Source: an uncultured Gemmatimonadota bacterium (GTDB lineage Bacteria > Blakebacterota > Blakebacteria > Blakebacterales > Blakebacteraceae). From it: 36,938 nt of DNA. The stretch is from the NCBI GenBank assembly GCA_964637695.1, contig CAZWVF010000015.1:11122-48059 (forward strand). Reading direction: 5' to 3'. The position numbers and the translations under genes are program-made. The stretch's first letter is position 1, and each line of letters opens with the position of its first letter. The notes under the pieces were generated by a model. It did no database searches, was not told the origin of the DNA, and was given only the letters and a program-made list of their open reading frames with translations. Positions 1-9,013 of this stretch are shown piece after piece.

Positions 1-3000
1 CGGTGATCGGTTTTGATCCTCTCACCGGGTTTCCTCGGAATGAGCGACAGAACGAAGTTTCGTTTTAATTCCGCCACGTACTCAGCCAGAAGGCCGTTCA
101 ACTCTTCGTATCGGATGTAGGCGTCCCGACCGGGTACCTGGTCGGCACGGCCCAGCATGCCGTTGAGGTAGTTCAGTTGATCGAGCAGCATCGGAGTCTG
201 GTATGTGCCGGGGGCCGTTACGAACTTCGCCTGCAGTTCGGCGAGTAGATTGTCGGCCCTCTGAGCATTGCGTTCCGCTCGTCCACCGGACTCGATGGCT
301 TCAGCCAGCTCCTCACGCTTCATGCGGATCATGTTCTCCGCCATCCGGGCTCTGCTGATTGTGTCCCGGATCTTCAGGCTGAGTTCGAGCTGGGCTTCCA
401 TGTCCTCATTTGTAACACCATCTTCGGCGACTCGCGGATCGACAAGCAGCTCGAAACTCTCTGAATGGGACCACTCACCCACGGTCAATTTCACCTGGTA
501 TGTATCGGGAACTGCTCTCGGGCCACTGCGCCCGGCACTGTTCGCATTGGCCTGCCAGGGGCCGGCGTGTCTTATATCCCAGATGAACCGATGCATTCCG
601 GCCGATTTCTGCAGTCGTTGTGTGCCGAACCATTCCAGGTTGAACTCGGTTACGTCGAGTTCCTCCGGTCCAACAGGCATTTCACCCGGCCCCTCGCTGG
701 AGAAACCGCGGATCAGCGTTCCGTTTTGATCAAATATTTCCAGCCGTACTTCTCCAGCCGGTTCCTCCGCGAGATAGTAATCGATGACTGCTCCTGATTG
801 CGGGTATTGAGGACCTCCGGATGAACGGCCCCTTCCACGACCACCCTGCATCCTGTAAGTATCATTCGGTTCGAACAGGTAGCAGGAACTTGTCAGCACC
901 GCATCGTCGATCTGGTGCAGGCGCGTTACGTTGTCCATGATCCAGAAAGAACGGCCCATGGTCGAGAGTACCAGGTCCTTGCGGTAAACCTTGATATCGG
1001 TTACCGGCGTTGCGGGCAGGTTCATCTGAAAGGACTGCCAGCTGGCACCATCGTCAAATGAGATGTACATCCCGAACTCTGTGCCTGCATAGAGCAGACC
1101 CTCCCTGTCGGGATCCTCGCGCACCACACGTGTCGGACTGTCGCCGGGAATGCCGTTGCTGCCTGTCGTCAATCGCGTCCAGCTCTTCCCGTAGTCATCG
1201 GTGCGGTAGATGTATGGCTGCCAGTCGTTCAGTTGATATCGCAAAACAGCCACGTACGCCTTGTTGGGCCTGTGGGGAGAGGGTTCCACGGTCTGCACGC
1301 GCCCACCAGGAGGCAGATCGGGTGGGGTTATGTTCTCCCAGTTTTCTCCTCCATCCCGTGTGATATGGATCGGACCGTCATTTGCACCCACCCAGATCAG
1401 GCCTTCCACCAGGGGGGATTCCTGCACTGCGTAGATCGTGCTGTAGAACTCTTCACCGGTAATATCCCTGGTGATGGGCGATCCGGAGATGACCTGCTTG
1501 TCAGGCTCGAACGCCGTCAGGTCGGGAGAGATCGTTTCCCACGTTACGCCCTCGTCGGTAGTCCTGTGCAGGTACTGTGAAGCGTGGTAGATCACGTTTG
1601 GGTTGTGAGGTGAAACGTGGATGGGGGATACACGCTGAAACCGGTATTTCAGATCGCGCGGGTTGTGGCCGTACATGTTGGCTGCGCCAACATAGTACTG
1701 CTGCTCCTGACCAGTGATCTTGTTGTAGCGCCCGAAGCGACCCTTGTTGCCTGAATAGACGATGTTGTGGTCTCCGGGCTTTGGAACCGCCGGACCTGTT
1801 TCGCTCCCTCCAACTGCCCGCCAGAAACCGGTCGGTCCGATTGCCGAAGACCAGGGGGGTGCGCTCGGTACCATGATCGTGCTGTTGTCCTGCTGGCCGG
1901 CGTACACCCAGTAGGGGAACTGATCATCCACGTTCACCTGGTACAGTTCAGCTGTCGGCTGGTTATTCTGTGTGGACCAGGTACGGCCTCCGTCCCGTGT
2001 TACATTGGCTCCGCCGTCGTTCGACTGGATAAAGATGTTGGAATCGTCAGGATTGATCCACATGTCGTGGTTGTCACCGTGAGGGGTGCGGCCGCTGCGC
2101 CATGTTACACCGGCGTCTGTCGATATGTAGTACCCCGTTGCGTTCACATAGAGAAGATCCGCATTGTTGGGATCGGCGTCGATGTTGCAGTAGTAGAATG
2201 GACGTGTCAGCAGGCTTCTCTGTGAGGAAACCTGTCGAAATGTCTCTCCCCGATCATCGGAACGATATACACCTCCATCTCCCTCAGAAGCCTCAATTAA
2301 AGCGTAAACGCGATCGGGATCGGCCGCTGAGACCGCAAGGTCGCTCTTGCCGAACAGTCCCTGCGGCACTCCGGCAGTTATTTTCTGCCATGTATCGCCG
2401 CCGTCGGTTGACCGGAATAATCCGTCTTCGGCGCCGCCGCTGATTATCGTCCACGGCTTGCGCTCACCGCGCCACATCGATGCATAGATAATGTTCGGAT
2501 CTGCCGGACAGAACTCCAGATCGACCGCCCCGGTCCGATCCGTGAGGAATAAGACATTCTCCCAGGTCTGACCACCATCACTGCTCCTGTAGACGCCACG
2601 GTCGGGATTGGGACCGAATGCAGAACCGATAGCGGCAATGTAAACCAGATCCGGATTGGCTGGGTGGATCAATACAGCGCCTATCTGTCCGACGTTCCTG
2701 AGACCGATGAACTCCCAGCTCCTGCCGGCATTGGTCGATTTGTATACTCCACGCCCCGTAATAACGTTGCTGCGGATGCCATCGGAGCCTGTCCCGACAT
2801 AGATGATATCGGGGTTTGTCCGGGATACCCTGATCGCTCCGATCGAGCCGGTTTCCAGATATCCGTCGGTGATATTATTCCAGCTCTGACCGTAATCTGT
2901 GGTTTTCCAGACTCCTCCTCCTGCAGATCCCATATAGAAGGTAGAAGGTTGTGAAGCTGTTCCTGCTACAGCAGTTACCCGTCCGCCCCGTGAGGGACCA

Positions 3001-3149
3001 ATGTAACGGTAGCTCATGCCCTCGAAAAATACCGGACTGATTCCTGTCAGTTGACTATCCCCGGTTTGCTGGGCCTGGAGCACTGTTTTCGGGCCTGAAA
3101 TTAACAGATCAAGACAGATTATCGCGATAACGGCAGGGATTCTTTTCAT
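1..3149 (-). CDS. Vps10/sortilin-like BNR (Asp-box) repeat beta-propeller protein, signal peptide. The 3' end is truncated by the window start. It is not in the ORF track because no stop codon is reached.
   Basis: Reverse-complement ATG at 3149-3147 opens a frame with no stop down to position 1. Translation begins MKRIPAVIAIICLDLLISGPKTVLQAQQTGD...YIGPSRGGRVTAVAGT...FYMGSAGGGVWKTTDYGQSWNNITDG...YVGTGSDGIRSNVITGRGVYKSTNAGRSWEF and has repeated S/T-x-D-x-G-x-T-W Asp-box motifs. It is clearly paralogous to CDS 9014-12199. Every plus-strand ORF listed for 268-2954 lies inside it in other frames. Confidence 0.75.
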   Translation of the reverse strand, partial: MKRIPAVIAIICLDLLISGPKTVLQAQQTGDSQLTGISPVFFEGMSYRYIGPSRGGRVTAVAGTASQPSTFYMGSAGGGVWKTTDYGQSWNNITDGYLETGSIGAIRVSRTNPDIIYVGTGSDGIRSNVITGRGVYKSTNAGRSWEFIGLRNVGQIGAVLIHPANPDLVYIAAIGSAFGPNPDRGVYRSSDGGQTWENVLFLTDRTGAVDLEFCPADPNIIYASMWRGERKPWTIISGGAEDGLFRSTDGGDTWQKITAGVPQGLFGKSDLAVSAADPDRVYALIEASEGDGGVYRSDDRGETFRQVSSQRSLLTRPFYYCNIDADPNNADLLYVNATGYYISTDAGVTWRSGRTPHGDNHDMWINPDDSNIFIQSNDGGANVTRDGGRTWSTQNNQPTAELYQVNVDDQFPYWVYAGQQDNSTIMVPSAPPWSSAIGPTGFWRAVGGSETGPAVPKPGDHNIVYSGNKGRFGRYNKITGQEQQYYVGAANMYGHNPRDLKYRFQRVSPIHVSPHNPNVIYHASQYLHRTTDEGVTWETISPDLTAFEPDKQVISGSPITRDITGEEFYSTIYAVQESPLVEGLIWVGANDGPIHITRDGGENWENITPPDLPPGGRVQTVEPSPHRPNKAYVAVLRYQLNDWQPYIYRTDDYGKSWTRLTTGSNGIPGDSPTRVVREDPDREGLLYAGTEFGMYISFDDGASWQSFQMNLPATPVTDIKVYRKDLVLSTMGRSFWIMDNVTRLHQIDDAVLTSSCYLFEPNDTYRMQGGRGRGRSSGGPQYPQSGAVIDYYLAEEPAGEVRLEIFDQNGTLIRGFSSEGPGEMPVGPEELDVTEFNLEWFGTQRLQKSAGMHRFIWDIRHAGPWQANANSAGRSGPRAVPDTYQVKLTVGEWSHSESFELLVDPRVAEDGVTNEDMEAQLELSLKIRDTISRARMAENMIRMKREELAEAIESGGRAERNAQRADNLLAELQAKFVTAPGTYQTPMLLDQLNYLNGMLGRADQVPGRDAYIRYEELNGLLAEYVAELKRNFVLSLIPRKPGERIKTDH

Positions 3150-3362
3150 AACCAGAGCTCCTGATTCAGGTCGGTGAGTCCGGGATTTTACAGCCTGATT
3201 CTTTGCCAGTGTAATCGAGTCGGTTATCGACTGCCAGACAACTTATCGGGAGGAGGAAACCATATCTTCGATTCTCCGTAACTTCTTCAAGAAACCGGAG
3301 GGACTGGGCTTTGGTTGTTCCGGGCCGGGCCAGTTACGTAATCACGAGGTCTTGGCGAACCG

Positions 3363-3782
3363 TCAGCGAACCTGATCGATAGCCCTCTGAAGTTTCGAGG
3401 CAACCTCTTCGGCAAGCGGTTCCACTTCGGGCTTCTTTACGAGACCGAAGATCTCTACGGGATTGATTGCAGAGATTATGCTCCCGCCCTCATCCCGTTC
3501 CGCCACCACTACATTGCAGGGCAGCAGCAATCCGATAAGAAGTTCTGCCGACAGAGCCTGATGGGCGAGTGGAGGACTGCACGCACCCAGGATGACATAC
3601 TTGCGGAAATCGATGTCCAGTTTCTTCTTCAGGGTCGCCTTCACATCTATCTCGGTAAGGATGCCGAAACCCTCACCTGCAAGTGTCTCGGTTACTCGCT
3701 CGACCGCTTCTTCGTAGGAGAGGTCGGGCAGCTCTCTGGTTAATCCATATGCTGGATGTTCCATGATGTTCTGCTCCTTCAA
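3363..3782 (-). CDS. DUF302 domain protein
   Basis: 139-aa ORF with EIDVKATLKKKLDIDFRKYVILGACSPPLAHQAL, characteristic of the DUF302 family. The real start may be the internal MEHPAYG. Confidence 0.8.
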   Translation of the reverse strand: MKEQNIMEHPAYGLTRELPDLSYEEAVERVTETLAGEGFGILTEIDVKATLKKKLDIDFRKYVILGACSPPLAHQALSAELLIGLLLPCNVVVAERDEGGSIISAINPVEIFGLVKKPEVEPLAEEVASKLQRAIDQVR

Positions 3783-4140
3783 TGTCTCATCGTAACCGGC
3801 AGAAAGGAACCTGTTCCTACCTGTAATACCTTATGATCTTCCGGCTCATCTTTTCTGCAATGATACGTATGCCGTCGTTGATCAGCATGTCTGCCGATTC
3901 CGGTTCGGTACGTGCTTCATCAACCAAACTATCAGAGCCGAACTTTAACTGTCAAACAGGTGGATATTTAACCGGTATGAATTCCACCCCGTATCTCCCA
4001 AGATTATTATTGTCGATAAAAAGGGGAAAGCTGCAGGAGCAAAAGTAATCCCTGCAGAGCCGGCAGACATTTTCGGGGGAATACACAGCCCTCTTTGCCG
4101 TTGACGGCTGGGACCTTCAGGCGTTTTCTATATAGACCCC

Positions 4141-4218
4141 GGGGGCGTAGTTCAGTTTGGTTAGAACGCCGGCCTGTCACGCCGGAGGTCGCGAGTTCGA
4201 GTCTCGTCGCTCCCGCCA
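4141..4218 (+). tRNA. tRNA-Asp (anticodon GTC)
   Basis: Hand-folded cloverleaf: acceptor GGGGGCG/CGCTCCC, D-arm GTTC...GAAC, anticodon stem CCGGC/GCCGG with loop CTGTCAC (anticodon GTC), T-arm GCGAG-TTCGAGT-CTCGT, discriminator G and encoded CCA. Confidence 0.85.
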
Positions 4219-4232
4219 GTTACTACAGAATG

Positions 4233-4270
4233 GCCGCAGTCACAAAGCTGATTGCGGTCTTTTTCTTTTT
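4233..4270 (+). terminator. Rho-independent terminator downstream of tRNA-Asp
   Basis: Stem CCGCAGTCA / TGATTGCGG (one G-T wobble), loop CAAAGC, followed by TCTTTTTCTTTTT. Confidence 0.5.
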
Positions 4271-4285
4271 CCTCCCGATTGATTG

Positions 4286-4336
4286 TTGACGCATCAATTG
4301 TATTATTGTATTAATATACTATAACAATAATACAAT
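4286..4336 (+). promoter_or_regulatory. Sigma-70-like promoter (TTGACG-17 bp-TATTAA) overlapping a near-perfect inverted repeat ATTGTATTATTGT-N14-ACAATAATACAAT. Candidate autoregulatory operator of the GntR gene.
   Basis: TTGACG at 4286-4291 and TATTAA at 4309-4314. Left IR arm at 4297-4310; the right arm at 4324-4336 ends directly at the ATG of the GntR ORF. Confidence 0.5.
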
Positions 4337-4747
4337 ATGGTTCATCACACTCAAACCTCAGAGGCGATGGTGAATTTTTCCATCGATACAAAAAGCGGAA
4401 TCCCGATCTACCGCCAGATTATCGAGCAGATCAGGTTTGCAATCGCCGGAGGCAGTTTCGAAGCAGGACAGCAGTTGCCGACCGTTCGCCAGCTGGCCGT
4501 AGATCTGGCAATCAATCCCAATACAGTCATACGTGCCTACCGGGAACTTGAAATCGAAGGTGTGCTCGAAACCCAGCAGGGATCGGGAACATACATCAGT
4601 CTTAAGAGGCCTGAAATCGATCGGGTCGAGAAGCAGCGGATGCTCGATCAGATCATCACAGAGATGCTTGCCAGAGCATCCTCATACGGATTCTCTACCG
4701 GTGAGATCGTGGATGCTCTGCAAAAGAGTCAGGAGGCGTCATCATGA
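4337..4747 (+). CDS. GntR-family transcriptional regulator, YtrA/YhcF-like short subfamily. An alternative start at 4367 (MVNFSID) has a better RBS, AGAGG.
   Basis: Winged HTH IPIYRQIIEQIRFAIAGGSFEAGQQLPTVRQLAVDLAINPNTVIRAYRELEIEGVLETQQGSGTYI with a short C-terminal tail. The stop overlaps the next start (ATGA). Confidence 0.8.
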   Translation: MVHHTQTSEAMVNFSIDTKSGIPIYRQIIEQIRFAIAGGSFEAGQQLPTVRQLAVDLAINPNTVIRAYRELEIEGVLETQQGSGTYISLKRPEIDRVEKQRMLDQIITEMLARASSYGFSTGEIVDALQKSQEASS

Positions 4748-5877
4748 GCCAGACACAAATACAGGATCAGATCACAAAAAACCTCAAGGGATTTTCACCA
4801 GATATATTCGCAACGACATTGAGGGCAGATTTTCGCTTCGCACCGATCAACGTGATGATACTGCTGATTATCTTCGTGATTGGTCTTGCGGTTCATCTCA
4901 GACTGAACGAATTCAGTTACTACGCGGTGGCTATCTGTCTCGGCTCGGCGGTCGTCTTCCCATTGCTGCTGCGGGTGTTTCAGGTATGGGAGGCTGCGAT
5001 AGCCCTCGGTACTCTGGATGGTCTTATCGCATATCTGCATCTCCGTCCCGACAGCGGAATAATCCTGATCACCATCGTTCTGGCCATGCTGCTGGCTCCT
5101 TCGATTCAGATCGCCTACCAGTGGGAGAAGGCAGTAGTGCTTCGCTTCGGCAAGTTCAAAGGACTGCGCAAGTCGGGGCTCTTTGTTCTGATGCCTGTCA
5201 TAGACAAAGTCGCTGAGTTCGTCGACCAGCGTATCCGGGTGAGCGACTTCAGTGCAGAAACAACCCTGACGAAAGATACTGTGCCGGTCAGCGTTGATGC
5301 GATCGCCTTCTGGATGGTATGGGAAGCGCAGAAGGCGGTTCTGGAGGTCGAGAAGTTCAAGGATGCAGTCGTCCTTTCAGCCCAGACGGCATTGCGGAAT
5401 GCCATCGGCAAGCACGACCTGGCTGATCTGCTCTCACAGAGGGACAGACTTGGTGAGGAGATCCAGAACGTGCTCGATGAAAAGACAAATGCATGGGGTA
5501 TTACAACTCAGGCGGTGGAGATCCGTGACATAATCATTCCGAAGGGTCTGGAAGACGCCATGTCGAGGCAGGCACAGGCTGAAAGAGAACGCCAGAGCCG
5601 CATCATTCTGGGTACGGCCGAAACCGAGATCGCAGAGAAGTTTGCTGCGGCCTCTGAACATTACAAGGATAACCCTGTCGCGCTGCACCTGAGGGCGATG
5701 AACATGGTCTACGAGGGCCTCAGGCAGAAGGGATCGATGATCATCGTTCCTTCCAGTGCGGTCGAGACGATGGGTCTGGGAGCTCTGGGGGGCCTGACAG
5801 CTTTCGACCGCCAGACTCTTGCTCCGCTGGAGAGCGATGAGGTGGCAGACAAGAAAATTAACGAGGATGAGAACTGA
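4744..5877 (+). CDS. SPFH/band-7 (stomatin/prohibitin-like) protein with an N-terminal polytopic membrane extension
   Basis: About 140 N-terminal residues with 3-4 hydrophobic helices (ILLIIFVIGLAVHL, AVAICLGSAVVFPLLL, IILITIVLAMLLAP), followed by the SPFH core (VVLRFGKFKGLRKSGLFVLMPVIDKV...AIAFWMVWEA...ERERQSRIILGTAETEIAEKF). Confidence 0.8.
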   Translation: MSQTQIQDQITKNLKGFSPDIFATTLRADFRFAPINVMILLIIFVIGLAVHLRLNEFSYYAVAICLGSAVVFPLLLRVFQVWEAAIALGTLDGLIAYLHLRPDSGIILITIVLAMLLAPSIQIAYQWEKAVVLRFGKFKGLRKSGLFVLMPVIDKVAEFVDQRIRVSDFSAETTLTKDTVPVSVDAIAFWMVWEAQKAVLEVEKFKDAVVLSAQTALRNAIGKHDLADLLSQRDRLGEEIQNVLDEKTNAWGITTQAVEIRDIIIPKGLEDAMSRQAQAERERQSRIILGTAETEIAEKFAAASEHYKDNPVALHLRAMNMVYEGLRQKGSMIIVPSSAVETMGLGALGGLTAFDRQTLAPLESDEVADKKINEDEN

Positions 5878-6048
5878 CACGCGAACACCTGCAACCTGGG
5901 AACCGGTCGTTCCATAAGGTCTTAGTGCACCGTTCCGTAAATACGCGATTCTCTTTATCAATCCTGCGCGCTCGGCTAAACTGAGATGATGTGACACAGG
6001 TTACGCATACTTGATGTTTACTCAAGAATCAGGGGAAAGGGAGTTGGC

Positions 6049-6348
6049 ATGGATCTTCGCGATTACCCGATCGAGGAGGGGATCGAGGCAAGATTCGCCT
6101 CAGTGGAGGGATTGAAAACCTTTGCCGGAAATATAGATGACGAATTGCTCAAGGGAAGACTGCTTACCGCTGCGGCCCTTAAGGAGATACTGGAGGCAAG
6201 GGATGGAGAAATTATAGATGGCCTGATAGGCAGACTCGACACAGGTGTTCTGGATGATGTTACTATTGTGCTGGAGATGACCACCCAGCAGACTGTTGAG
6301 GAAGAGCTGCGCACAGGTGAACTGTATCGCCCCGGACTCAATAAATAA
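6049..6348 (+). CDS. Small acidic hypothetical protein (99 aa), no signal peptide
   Basis: ORF with the RBS-like sequence AAGGGAG upstream. Its stop overlaps the next start (TAATG). No family recognisable to me. Confidence 0.5.
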   Translation: MDLRDYPIEEGIEARFASVEGLKTFAGNIDDELLKGRLLTAAALKEILEARDGEIIDGLIGRLDTGVLDDVTIVLEMTTQQTVEEELRTGELYRPGLNK

Positions 6349-7430
6349 TGACCATTGTGAAATCAGTACTGCTTATTTCCTTTCTGGTGCTCACGTTCCT
6401 GTTTTCCAGTTGCGGTATCTTCGAATCAGATAAACCGGAATCTGACGTTGAGATATGCGTCATGACGAGGAATATCTACGTCGGGGCGGACCTCGATACG
6501 ATCATGTCGATAGAAACGCCGGAGGAGATCCCGGTTGTGGTTGCAGCAGTATGGGCGGAAATCCAGTCCACCCTGTTCTCTGAAAGAGTTCAGGCGCTGG
6601 CCGATGAAATTGCCGAAAAAGAACCAGACTTGATCGGATTGCAGGAAGTTTCTCTTATTCGACTGCAATCCCCTGGCGATACTGCGGTTGGTGGTGCAGT
6701 TCCAGCAACCGATATTATCGCCAGCTATATCGATTCTCTGCTGGCACAGCTGGCAGATCGAAGACTCGACTATACTTCAGTGGCATCTGTCATCAATTTC
6801 GACATTGAAGTGCCGATGGCTACGGGTCCCGATACTTTCGATGATATCCGGTTGACCGACCATGATGTCATTCTCGCACGAAGTGATCTCTCGGTATCAA
6901 ATGCACAGGGCGCAAGGTATGCCACGAATGCAGCTAACTACCCTGGATCAACTGAGTTAACGCTTTTCCGCGGGTGGGTATCTGTCGATGTAGAGTTAGA
7001 TGGCAAGACGTTCCGATTTGTGTCAACCCACCTGGAATCAGCTGACATCAGCCCTGCAGTACAGGAAAACCAGGCGATCGAGCTGCTGGAGCAGCTCAGC
7101 ACTACCGATCTTCCCGTTATCCTTGTTGGCGATTTCAACTCCGATGCCGATGGAAGTACTACCGATACATACGAGATCCTGACTGGCGCAGGATTCGAGG
7201 ATGCCTGGATCGAAGCCAACCCGCATGACCTCGGATTGACATGTTGTCAGCTCTTAAGCCTGCTTAATACGAGTTCTATTCTGGATCTTAGAATCGATCT
7301 TATTCTCTTTATCGATGATTTCAAAGTGGTTGATGCGGTACTGACGGGTGCTTCTCCATCGGATATCACATCGTCGGGTTTGTGGCCGTCAGACCACGCC
7401 GGAGTTGTGGCAACATTGATTTTGCCTTAG
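6348..7430 (+). CDS. Endonuclease/exonuclease/phosphatase (EEP) family lipoprotein
   Basis: Lipoprotein signal LLISFLVLTFLFSSC. EEP motifs are present: N in TRNIYVG, LIGLQEV, STHLES, VILVGDFNSD, WPSDHAGV. Confidence 0.8.
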   Translation: MTIVKSVLLISFLVLTFLFSSCGIFESDKPESDVEICVMTRNIYVGADLDTIMSIETPEEIPVVVAAVWAEIQSTLFSERVQALADEIAEKEPDLIGLQEVSLIRLQSPGDTAVGGAVPATDIIASYIDSLLAQLADRRLDYTSVASVINFDIEVPMATGPDTFDDIRLTDHDVILARSDLSVSNAQGARYATNAANYPGSTELTLFRGWVSVDVELDGKTFRFVSTHLESADISPAVQENQAIELLEQLSTTDLPVILVGDFNSDADGSTTDTYEILTGAGFEDAWIEANPHDLGLTCCQLLSLLNTSSILDLRIDLILFIDDFKVVDAVLTGASPSDITSSGLWPSDHAGVVATLILP

Positions 7431-7436
7431 CTTGTT

Positions 7437-8900
7437 ATGGAACGTCCAGGGCAACGTTTGAGTATTATCTCAACCTTATTTCACATAGGTGTCACGATGC
7501 CTTGTAAACGGATCCCGCTGGTTTTCATAATCCTGGTTCTTCAATTTCTGTCGGGTTGTGAATTATTATCGCCGACCGAACCATCTCGCAGAGAGGTTGA
7601 TGAAGGATTCTTCGGACAGGTCGGCGGACAGAGCGTGTGGGTTTTCGAACTCGATGCCCCTCAGATAATCATTCAGGTGAACTGGCAGGATGAGTACAAC
7701 GCAGGCGGCGGCTGGATTGGAGGTGTAAGCAGTCGCTCCACCGCCAGCGAACTGGTACAGGGTGTGTGGCAGCTGATAACACAGTACAACTTCGCATGGG
7801 ACTGGACCGGTTATACGGACCTGGAACCGGATGGCGTGATCATTTCCACGTATCCGCATCAGTTCCAGAGCATTGCTGGTGCCGCTGATGGCACCATCCA
7901 GGTCAGGGTGCGTCACCAGGGCAATGGAACGACGGGATGGCTGTACGGGAATGTGACCGGCGGTATCGTGGAAGAAATCCAGATCTCCAACAAATGGGCA
8001 AGACGGCTCTACGTTAAATACGACATCACCAGTGGCACCGGTCCTCTGGCCGGTTACAGCGGCAGGGGAGTAGCCGAAAGTATCTTTCAATACAGTCCTG
8101 CGATCTGGCTTCAGAACTCAATCGACATCTTTCTTAACGTAACCAAGATGTACTGGACCGATTCGTCGGACGATAACATAAAACGAGCCAACCTCGACGG
8201 CTCCAACATGGAGGTTCTGGTCACCGGTCAGAGGAATCCCAGGGGTGTTGCAATCGATATCGGTGCCGGCAAGATGTACTGGTCAGATGTCCGTGCCAGA
8301 GTGATCCGGCGCTCCAATCTCAATGGTTCAAACATCGAGGATATGGTTACCGGTATTCAGGCCTGGGGTATCGCGCTCGATCCGGCGGGCGGAAAAATAT
8401 ACTGGTGCGCGTACAATACCCTGAAAATACAACGTGCCAATATCGACGGCAGCAACATCGAAGATCTCTATACGGCTGCGACGGGATCCAAATTGAGGGG
8501 TATCGCGCTGGATATTTTGAGGGAGAAGGTGTACTGGGCCGATACCGGTATAGATCTGATACAGCGGGCAAACCTGGACGGCTCAAATGTTGAAGATCTG
8601 GTGATCTCCGGGCTTCGCCAGGCGGTGGGTATCGTGCTGGATATCTCTGAAGACAAGATGTATTGGGCTGACAGGGGCAGGAACAAGATACAGCGAGCCA
8701 ATCTGGATGGTTCGAATGTAGAAGACCTGGTTACCGGACTCGCAAATCCAGCCGGTATCTCTCTGGACATTGCGTCGGGCAAGATCTACTGGACCGATGA
8801 TTCGACCGACCTGATTCAGAGGTGCAATCTGGACGGCTCCAATGTAGAGACAGTAGTAAGCAGCGGGTTGCTCTTTCCCAGAGATATTGTGCTCAGATAG
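7437..8900 (+). CDS. Lipoprotein with an N-terminal unknown domain and a six-blade YWTD (LDL-receptor class B) beta-propeller. The probable true start is at 7497 (MPCKRIPLVFIILVLQFLSGC).
   Basis: Lipobox LSGC. Six repeats of the form [MIV]YW[TSCA]D...IQRANLDGSN[VMI]E[DT][LMV]V...G[IV][AV]LD of about 43 aa each. Confidence 0.75.
   Translation: MERPGQRLSIISTLFHIGVTMPCKRIPLVFIILVLQFLSGCELLSPTEPSRREVDEGFFGQVGGQSVWVFELDAPQIIIQVNWQDEYNAGGGWIGGVSSRSTASELVQGVWQLITQYNFAWDWTGYTDLEPDGVIISTYPHQFQSIAGAADGTIQVRVRHQGNGTTGWLYGNVTGGIVEEIQISNKWARRLYVKYDITSGTGPLAGYSGRGVAESIFQYSPAIWLQNSIDIFLNVTKMYWTDSSDDNIKRANLDGSNMEVLVTGQRNPRGVAIDIGAGKMYWSDVRARVIRRSNLNGSNIEDMVTGIQAWGIALDPAGGKIYWCAYNTLKIQRANIDGSNIEDLYTAATGSKLRGIALDILREKVYWADTGIDLIQRANLDGSNVEDLVISGLRQAVGIVLDISEDKMYWADRGRNKIQRANLDGSNVEDLVTGLANPAGISLDIASGKIYWTDDSTDLIQRCNLDGSNVETVVSSGLLFPRDIVLR
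8140..8880 (+). repeat. Six tandem ~129-bp coding repeats (YWTD blades); diverged copies, not recent duplications
   Basis: Periodic nucleotide and protein similarity. The antisense ORF 8468-8782 shows an internal repeat (STFEPSRLARCI / STFEPSRFARCI) that reflects the same DNA periodicity. Confidence 0.6.
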
Positions 8901-9013
8901 ATGCTTCCGCAGATCTTCAACCCTGATCAGATACAGGAAGCGCTGGTTGATCTGGAGGGTTACTCGATCAATCTGACCATGCGTTTCGGAAAGTACTGAC
9001 CAGTGAACTGAAA

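Noticed and set aside
268-2954. Plus-strand ORFs (153, 110, 117, 115, 152, 113, 96 aa) in the first 3 kb
   Set aside because: All lie inside, and out of frame with, the long minus-strand sortilin-like gene (<1..3149). Their translations are low-complexity Arg/Ser/Pro-rich products, typical of antisense frames in GC-rich DNA.
4141-4218. tRNA-Asp as a possible genomic-island integration site
   Set aside because: No integrase, recombinase or direct repeat of the tRNA 3' end is visible on either side. Flanking genes look like ordinary chromosomal genes.
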